Below, piece after piece: positions 8,759-13,368 of a DNA stretch of 13,368 bases. A model generated the notes under the pieces. That model saw only the letters and a list, made by a program, of their open reading frames with translations. It was not told where the DNA came from and did not search any database. The translations under genes and the position numbers were made by a program. Every line of letters starts with the position of its first letter. The stretch's first letter is position 1. Origin of the DNA: a virus. Lineage: Duplodnaviria > Heunggongvirae > Uroviricota > Caudoviricetes. The stretch lies in the IMG/VR virus record IMGVR_UViG_3300029846_000275; one strand, given 5' to 3'.

Positions 8759-8878
8759 TTAATATTTGACTGTTTTAGCTTCCAGTTGCCGTAACGTCTC
8801 ACGACCACTCTGGCGCACGAGTTCCACCACCTGCCCTTTAATTTTTTCCCGCTCTTCTTGTGTAAAAACTTTTGCCAC
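8759..8878 (-). CDS. Hypothetical small protein (39 aa), GTG start
   Basis: Strong SD (AAGGGGGA) 4-5 nt before GTG at 8878; product VAKVFTQEEREKIKGQVVELVRQSGRETLRQLEAKTVKY; lies 40 nt downstream of the rep stop. Confidence 0.3.
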   Translation of the reverse strand: MAKVFTQEEREKIKGQVVELVRQSGRETLRQLEAKTVKY

Positions 8879-8918
8879 AAGTCCCCCTTAAAATTACCTC
8901 ATGACCTGAAATCAAAAC

Positions 8919-9884
8919 TTATCCTCTGAAACCAGGCGGAATTTCTGTATCCGGTTCAGAAATATGATTCACACAACGCTGTACAGGTGAACGTCCCAGG
9001 CGGATGACCAGTTCGTCCCATTTTTCGCGGAGTTTTGACGGGCTCATGATGTTTTTTACCCAGAATGGATCCCGCTGTACCCGACCAAACATTTCGCAAA
9101 TTTGTCTGTGGCTTCTGCCATCCAGCATCCGCATTGTGCGCACGTCATTGGCCCAGGCTGTCCAGTTAGGCTCTTTTGGTCGCATGATCTCTCCATCGTC
9201 GCTGGCAGCCTGTTCGTAAAGGTTCACGATCCGCCCCCAAATCCACTGCGCACACGCCAAATCCTCCCTGCTACCCCACTGGCGTTTTTTCACACTAAAC
9301 ACAACCGCGTCGGGGTTCCGGGTTAAAAAATCCTGTTCAGTCGTCTGCGGGTCCGGTTGCGAAGCTTCCGGACGAAAAGTGTTTTTATTCTCTGTAGTAA
9401 TCTCTGTTGTATTCTCTGTAAGATCATCAGGCCATTTTGACCCGATGACATTGGGTCGTTTTGAACCAATGGAGCGTTTCATTTTGACCTCTTCCATCGT
9501 GTCATTTTGACCTGATGGAGCGGCGCATTTTGAACCGATGGATTCGTTCAATTTGCCACCATCTAAAAGCTCGCTCCCATAGTTGATCGTGTAGAAATTG
9601 GTCATATCGCGCTTTGATTTATTGAGCTTTTCACAACGCAAAAGCCCCAGCGTTTTCAGACTTGCAAACGCGCGCTTTAACGTTGACTCTGACCAGAATG
9701 GGAACTGTTCCAGCCATTGTTCCGTTGTGTTATAAATCCAGCGAACACCATCACATTCCATACCGGAGTTGGTATCTCTCAACCAGTAGTGCAGTTGTTG
9801 CAAAACAATGGCTTCGTTTAAGCCGATTTTCATTGCCAGCTGCGTGTTTATAACCAGTGGGCGTTCAGCAAAAAGAAGACTCAT
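8919..9884 (-). CDS. Lambdoid O-type replication initiator; the origin iterons lie inside its coding sequence
   Basis: N-terminal HTH-like region; internal repeated IGSK peptide motif encoded by six DNA iterons; position downstream of the cro/cII-like genes; start taken as ATG 9884 (the ORF track uses an upstream TTG at 9938). Confidence 0.75.
   Translation of the reverse strand: MSLLFAERPLVINTQLAMKIGLNEAIVLQQLHYWLRDTNSGMECDGVRWIYNTTEQWLEQFPFWSESTLKRAFASLKTLGLLRCEKLNKSKRDMTNFYTINYGSELLDGGKLNESIGSKCAAPSGQNDTMEEVKMKRSIGSKRPNVIGSKWPDDLTENTTEITTENKNTFRPEASQPDPQTTEQDFLTRNPDAVVFSVKKRQWGSREDLACAQWIWGRIVNLYEQAASDDGEIMRPKEPNWTAWANDVRTMRMLDGRSHRQICEMFGRVQRDPFWVKNIMSPSKLREKWDELVIRLGRSPVQRCVNHISEPDTEIPPGFRG
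9387..9421. repeat. Three ~12-bp A/T-rich direct repeats (ATTCTCTGTAG-like) flanking the iterons; candidate origin unwinding region
   Basis: ATTCTCTGTAG / AATCTCTGTTG / ATTCTCTGTAA immediately downstream of the iterons in the direction of rep transcription, as in the lambda ori layout. Confidence 0.6.
9433..9564. repeat. Replication-origin iterons: six direct repeats of ~20-22 bp at ~23-bp spacing, consensus cATTTTGAcC-GATGGAGCG
   Basis: Copies start near 9433, 9457, 9480, 9503, 9526 and 9549 (the last is degenerate: CAATTTGCCACCATCT); all lie within the rep CDS. Confidence 0.8.
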
Positions 9885-10386
9885 AATTCCATCCAGCTTT
9901 TTGTTGGTATTGCTGTCGATACGCAAGCTTGAAAGCAATTGCTTTTTCTATAAGTTCGTCAGTTTCACGATCTACAACGGCAGGATCTGCAAAAAGCAGT
10001 CCAGATTCCACCACATCGCCATATTCTTTATTTAACCCGGCGATCATGTACGTAATACTTTTTCCATCACTGATCTCACGATACAACCTGAAATCACTAA
10101 TCCGGATAGCCTCCATAATTGCAGGCACTAGCGCTGTGAACTTTTCACGCTTATCCCTGGTGTCGATAGCCTTCCAGCGTTCGAATATCTTCACTCGATT
10201 AACGCTAAGCGCTCGCTGATCAACCGCGCCACCTTCATATGTGACACGCTGAACATCGATGTTCGGGCGCTCTTTCAAAGCCCAGAATGCTTCAGTGATT
10301 AATATCGTCGCCTGCTCCTGTGTCATTCCTGGTCGACATATCCAGGCATCCAGAGCCTCACGAGCCTGTTCAGGAGTGATTTTCAT
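9865..10386 (-). CDS. cII-position ORF (173 aa); possibly YdaT-like
   Basis: ATG at 10386 overlaps the end of the dicC-like gene by 17 nt; the motif KREKFTALVPAIMEAI resembles my recollection of YdaT (REKIQKLIPAIL); family assignment is tentative. Confidence 0.5.
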   Translation of the reverse strand: MKITPEQAREALDAWICRPGMTQEQATILITEAFWALKERPNIDVQRVTYEGGAVDQRALSVNRVKIFERWKAIDTRDKREKFTALVPAIMEAIRISDFRLYREISDGKSITYMIAGLNKEYGDVVESGLLFADPAVVDRETDELIEKAIAFKLAYRQQYQQKAGWNYESSFC

Positions 10387-10597
10387 TGTTCAACCGCCCC
10401 GCCCGCTTCGTCTTACGATATTCGTCATAAACTTTGGGATCATACTGAAGCTCCCCGCCAGATGCCTCCTGTAGACGCATCGCGCGACCTTCAGGAACCA
10501 GTATCCCCCAAGCAGCAACACTTGCCAGTCTCACTCCTGCGGCATTGGCAAGCTTTGTTTTGCTGCCAAAAAAAGTAATTGCGTCAACTTTAAGCAT
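10370..10597 (-). CDS. dicC: Cro-like small HTH regulator, DicC-like (75 aa from the ATG)
   Basis: Divergent from the dicA-like gene; GAGGGGG SD 6 nt upstream of ATG 10597 (the ORF track begins at TTG 10600); HTH segment TKLANAAGVRLASVAAW. Confidence 0.65.
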   Translation of the reverse strand: MLKVDAITFFGSKTKLANAAGVRLASVAAWGILVPEGRAMRLQEASGGELQYDPKVYDEYRKTKRAGRLNNENHS

Positions 10598-10610
10598 CAA
10601 AGCCCCCTCT

Positions 10611-10628
10611 TGTTAGATTTTTCTAACA
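10611..10628. promoter_or_regulatory. Candidate repressor operator: perfect inverted repeat TGTTAGA-N4-TCTAACA in the dicC/dicA divergent intergenic region
   Basis: TGTTAGATTTTTCTAACA; the same 7-bp half-sites recur downstream of dicA. Confidence 0.6.
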
Positions 10629-10677
10629 TTATTGTGCGCGGGATACCTAAGTCAAGAAAAATTAGAATTACCTAACT

Positions 10678-11085
10678 ATGGATACAAGAACCCTAGGCCA
10701 GCGAGTTCTGGCGCGACGAAAAGAATTACGCTTAACACAACGAGAAGCTGCGCGCCTCGCTGGAGTTGCTCACGTCACAATTTCACAATGGGAAAGAGAC
10801 GAAACCCAGCCAGTCGGAAAACGATTGTTTGCTTTAGCGGATGCTCTGAAGTGCTCACCTACATGGCTAATGTTTGGTGACGAAGACAAGGCACCAGTGC
10901 CTGCACAAGAACTTCATGTGGAAACAGAGCTAACTCCCAACCACAAAGAATTGATCGAATTATTCGATGCTCTTCCATCTTCCGAGCAGGAAGCCTTGCT
11001 GTCTGAAATGCGCGCAAGAGTAGAAAACTTCAACAAACTCTTCGAAGAAATGCTTAAAGCGCGTAAAAATAAATCAATAAAATAA
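10678..11085 (+). CDS. dicA: DicA-family XRE/CI-type repressor (135 aa)
   Basis: 135 aa with N-terminal HTH (LTQREAARLAGVAHVTISQWERDETQP) and the motifs CSPTW and EMRARVxNFNKLFEE that I recall from DicA; no SD before the ATG (possibly leaderless). Confidence 0.8.
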   Translation: MDTRTLGQRVLARRKELRLTQREAARLAGVAHVTISQWERDETQPVGKRLFALADALKCSPTWLMFGDEDKAPVPAQELHVETELTPNHKELIELFDALPSSEQEALLSEMRARVENFNKLFEEMLKARKNKSIK

Positions 11086-11121
11086 CATTCTTTTCAAGTG
11101 ATTAGTTGCGCCCACTCTTTT

Positions 11122-11139
11122 TGTTAGACCAATCTAACA
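11122..11139. promoter_or_regulatory. Candidate operator in the dicB-operon promoter region: TGTTAGA-N4-TCTAACA
   Basis: TGTTAGACCAATCTAACA, a perfect 7-bp inverted repeat identical in half-sites to the one at 10611..10628. Confidence 0.6.
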
Positions 11140-11157
11140 AAAAACACTTGCCTCTCA

Positions 11158-11174
11158 TGTTAGGTTATTCTAAA
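11158..11174. promoter_or_regulatory. Third, imperfect operator-like site (TGTTAGG-N4-TCTAAAT)
   Basis: About 36 bp downstream of the operator at 11122; left half-site conserved, right half-site degenerate. Confidence 0.35.
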
Positions 11175-11253
11175 TTACTTTCCATCAAGACACCGCACGG
11201 TGTTCTCAGCAAGCAGTTCCGCTACCCCGGCGTTAAGGGGAAATGAGGTCAGC

Positions 11254-11406
11254 ATGGATACTATCGATCTTGGCAACAGCGAATCTCTGGTATGTGGCGT
11301 GTTCCCCAACCAGGACGGTACGTTCACCGCGATGACATATACCAAAAGCAAAACGTTTAAAACCGAATCTGGCGCGCGTTGCTGGTTAGCCAGAAACACT
11401 GACTGA
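11254..11406 (+). CDS. ydfA: Small protein (50 aa), YdfA-like; first gene of the dicB operon
   Basis: ATG at 11254 with GAGG 5 nt upstream; stop overlaps the next start (TGATG); position matches ydfA of the K-12 dicB operon by synteny. Confidence 0.55.
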   Translation: MDTIDLGNSESLVCGVFPNQDGTFTAMTYTKSKTFKTESGARCWLARNTD

Positions 11407-11417
11407 TGAGGCTGACG

Positions 11418-11783
11418 ATGGAATTTAAAGATTTACCGTCTGATGTACAGAAAACAGCAGCTCATACATTGCATTCTGTGCTGCGAGAAATCGGGAAAGA
11501 TATTGCAAGCGAGCCAGCAAAAGATCTGGCCCGGAAAATCAAGACCGCTTTCGTTGAGCTTTATAATGTTGGCACTGACTCTGAAACTGTCGAGACCAAG
11601 ACCGTAAGTTCACCAATATTCTCACTTGAGCCAGGCGTATTATCAGGTGAAATATGCACCGAGATTTCCAGCGAACTGCTTCCGGTAATACGAGAAGCAA
11701 TTTGCCGTCGCGGTTTGGATGGAAGTTACGATCATGACGTCCTGCAAGTTCTCAGGACAATGGTGACTTCACTGGGGATTTGA
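11418..11783 (+). CDS. Hypothetical protein (121 aa) in the position of ydfB/ydfC of the dicB operon
   Basis: ATG at 11418 with GAGG 7 nt upstream (the ORF track begins at ATG 11406); same strand as ydfA and dicB. Confidence 0.55.
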   Translation: MEFKDLPSDVQKTAAHTLHSVLREIGKDIASEPAKDLARKIKTAFVELYNVGTDSETVETKTVSSPIFSLEPGVLSGEICTEISSELLPVIREAICRRGLDGSYDHDVLQVLRTMVTSLGI

Positions 11784-11952
11784 TCCCTGCGTCCTCTAAC
11801 CTTTTGATATAGCGGTCCTCCAAGAAGCGGTAAATTTTGTCGAAATCATCTTTCCCCTCTGGTTTATTCAGAGGATTACAGGACCCGTAAGTAGCGGCAT
11901 ACATTTCAACCGTTTTATCAAAAATATAAGAGACAAATTCTTCTTTAGTCAT
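11752..11952 (-). CDS. Candidate antisense-oriented small protein (66 aa) inside the dicB operon
   Basis: ATG at 11952 with AAGGAA 8 nt upstream; product MTKEEFVSYIFDKTVEMYAATYGSCNPLNKPEGKDDFDKIYRFLEDRYIKRLEDAGIK... is non-repetitive; 3' end overlaps the 121-aa ORF by about 30 nt. Confidence 0.35.
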   Translation of the reverse strand: MTKEEFVSYIFDKTVEMYAATYGSCNPLNKPEGKDDFDKIYRFLEDRYIKRLEDAGIKSPVKSPLS

Positions 11953-12227
11953 ATAGATTTCCTTCTTGGTTATTCGGGATAAGAAGGATACCACCTCGCC
12001 TGACGTGGTTAAAAGCAGGCACACAACACGAAAGCGCACGGCGAAGTTCGTCTCACTGTACGGTGTCGTTAAATTTAATTCGACCGTGCGCTTCCGGTTG
12101 TGGCAACCCGCGAAATGGCGCGGCGGTAAGTATGGCGGGGTTATTCCTTCCCCGTTGAGGACACCGAGTTGTCAGGTTGACCATACGCTTAAGTGACAAC
12201 CCCGCTGCAACGCCCTCTGTTATCAAT

Positions 12228-12280
12228 TTTCTGGTGACGTTTGGCGGTATCAGTTTTACTCCGTGACTGCTCTGCCGCCG
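12228..12280 (+). ncRNA. dicF: DicF small regulatory RNA (~53 nt)
   Basis: TTTCTGGTGACGTTTGGCGGTATCAGTTTTACTCCGTGACTGCTCTGCCGCC followed by a T-run matches my recollection of DicF; lies between the ydfA-C region and dicB as expected. Confidence 0.85.
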
Positions 12281-12448
12281 TTTTTAAAGTGAATTTTGTG
12301 ATGCGGTGAATGCGGCTAAGCGCACGCGGAACAGTTAAAACCAGTGTTATGGGTGGATTCTCTGTATCCGGCGTTAATTGTTAACTGGTTAACGTCACCT
12401 GGAGGCACCAGGCACTGCATCACAAAATTCATTGTTGAGGACGCGATA

Positions 12449-12637
12449 ATGAAAACGTTATTACCAAACGTTAATACGTCTGAAGGTTGTTTTGAAATTG
12501 GTGTCACTATCAGTAACCCTGTATTTACTGAAGATGCCATTAACAAGAGAAAACAAGAACGGGAGCTATTAAATAAAATATGCATTATTTCAATGCTGGC
12601 TCGTTTACGTCTGATGCCAAAAGGATGTGCACAATGA
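12449..12637 (+). CDS. dicB: Cell-division inhibitor DicB (62 aa)
   Basis: Product MKTLLPNVNTSEGCFEIGVTISNPVFTEDAINKRKQERELLNKICIISMLARLRLMPKGCAQ; GAGGA about 8 nt upstream; the ORF track extends it to an upstream start at 12344. Confidence 0.9.
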   Translation: MKTLLPNVNTSEGCFEIGVTISNPVFTEDAINKRKQERELLNKICIISMLARLRLMPKGCAQ

Positions 12638-12825
12638 ATTCAGCATTTGCGCTTGTTCTGACAGTTTTTCTTGTTTCCGGAGAGCCAGTTGATATTGCAG
12701 TCAGTGTTCACAGGACAATGCAGGAGTGTATGACTGCAGCAACCGAACAGAAAATTCCCGGTAACTGTTACCCGGTCGATAAAGTTATTCACCAGGATAA
12801 TATCGAAATCCCGGCAGGTCTTTAA
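12634..12825 (+). CDS. ydfD: YdfD lysis protein (63 aa), start overlapping the dicB stop (ATGA)
   Basis: Product MNSAFALVLTVFLVSGEPVDIAVSVHRTMQECMTAATEQKIPGNCYPVDKVIHQDNIEIPAGL with an N-terminal hydrophobic helix. Confidence 0.85.
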   Translation: MNSAFALVLTVFLVSGEPVDIAVSVHRTMQECMTAATEQKIPGNCYPVDKVIHQDNIEIPAGL

Positions 12826-12918
12826 AACAGTTCCGTAATAAATATCCGGTTTCATTCTTATATGCCAGCAATGGCAGGGATTTGTTCATCCTTAAATCTG
12901 TCATGAGGTTAAAACAAA

Positions 12919-13368
12919 ATGAGTAAAGTCTTTATTTGCGCCGCTATTCCTGACGAACTGGCAACAAGGGAAGAAGGCGCTGTGGCTGTAGCCACAGCCA
13001 TTGAAGCTGGCGACGAACGCCGTGCTCGAGCAAAATTTCACTGGCAGTTCCTGGAACATTATCCGGCTGCTCAGGACTGCGCTTATAAATTTATTGTCTG
13101 CGAGGATAAACCTGGCATACCCCGCCCTGCCCTCGATTCATGGGATGCTGAATATATGCAGGAAAACCGCTGGGATGAGGAGTCTGCTTCTTTTGTCCCG
13201 GTTGAGACTGAATCCGATCCGATGAACGTCACTTTTGACAAGCTGGCCCCTGAAGTACAGAACGCTGTCATGGTTAAGTTCGACACATGTGAAAACATCA
13301 CCGTTGATATGGTTATTAGCGCACAGGAATTGTTGCAGGAAGACATGGCAACATTCGACGGACATATC
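12919..13368 (+). CDS. ydfE: YdfE-like hypothetical protein, partial; reading frame still open at the window end
   Basis: ATG at 12919 with GAGG about 9 nt upstream; 150 codons without a stop to the last base; not in the ORF track because no stop is reached; symbol by synteny only. Confidence 0.5.
   Translation, partial: MSKVFICAAIPDELATREEGAVAVATAIEAGDERRARAKFHWQFLEHYPAAQDCAYKFIVCEDKPGIPRPALDSWDAEYMQENRWDEESASFVPVETESDPMNVTFDKLAPEVQNAVMVKFDTCENITVDMVISAQELLQEDMATFDGHI

Larger units (their letters stand above)
1286..13368. mobile_element. Cryptic lambdoid prophage remnant (Qin-like) with several internal deletions; continues beyond the right edge of the window
   Basis: Clustered phage genes (pin, tfa, stf', K', L, M, nu1'-H, cos, O-like rep, dicC/dicA, dicF, dicB, ydfD) abutting a truncated host transporter gene; no integrase, head or lysis genes in the window. 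Confidence 0.8.

Noticed and set aside
9433-9564. Tandem repeats considered as a possible CRISPR array
   Set aside because: Period is ~23 bp with no unique spacers, the repeats are imperfect and lie inside a coding sequence encoding a repeated peptide motif; they are origin iterons, not CRISPR.
9004-10474. Plus-strand ORFs antisense to rep and the cII-position gene (9004..9219, 9102..9326, 9662..9853, 9808..10035, 9929..10219, 10259..10474)
   Set aside because: All antisense to better-supported genes; no RBS.
11966-12196. 76-aa TTG-start plus-strand ORF upstream of dicF
   Set aside because: Non-ATG start, no RBS, highly basic low-complexity product, and it overlaps the structured RNA region preceding DicF.
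12316-13365. Minus-strand ORFs antisense to dicB, ydfD and the ydfE-like gene (12316..12585, 12640..12855, 13083..13346, 13138..13365) and plus-strand 13001..13225
   Set aside because: Antisense or out-of-frame overlaps with genes supported by homology or synteny; no RBS.

Overview
This window reads as an Escherichia-type chromosomal locus carrying the end of a heavily decayed lambdoid (Qin-like) cryptic prophage; all calls are from reading the sequence and recalled protein families, with no database search. From the left: an MFS transporter gene (ydfJ-type, minus strand) that appears 5'-truncated at ~1285, where the prophage DNA seems to begin. Then ydfK-like cold-shock gene, a Pin-family serine invertase, and on the minus strand a tail-fibre assembly gene, a side-tail-fibre C-terminal fragment, an N-terminal stub of lambda tail gene K, intact L and M, and a chimeric ORF fusing a Nu1-type small-terminase N-terminus to the C-terminal ~650 aa of an H-like tape-measure protein. 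Upstream of that ORF lies a cos-like site resembling lambda cosN, then three small uncharacterised ORFs. Next come an O-type replication initiator with six ~23-bp iterons inside its coding sequence, a YdaT-like ORF in the cII position, and a divergent dicC-like/dicA-like switch with perfect TGTTAGA/TCTAACA operator palindromes. The window ends with the dicB operon: ydfA-like, a 121-aa ORF, DicF sRNA (absent from the ORF track), dicB, ydfD and a ydfE-like ORF running off the window. No integrase, head, lysis, rRNA, tRNA, CRISPR or IS element is visible. I did not find a clearly novel system; the points most worth follow-up are the cos site and origin retained in a reduced element, the in-frame Nu1'-'H chimera, several unannotated small ORFs, and an antisense ORF inside the dicB operon. 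Start codons were chosen by RBS inspection and may differ from the ORF track, which also uses GTG/TTG starts.
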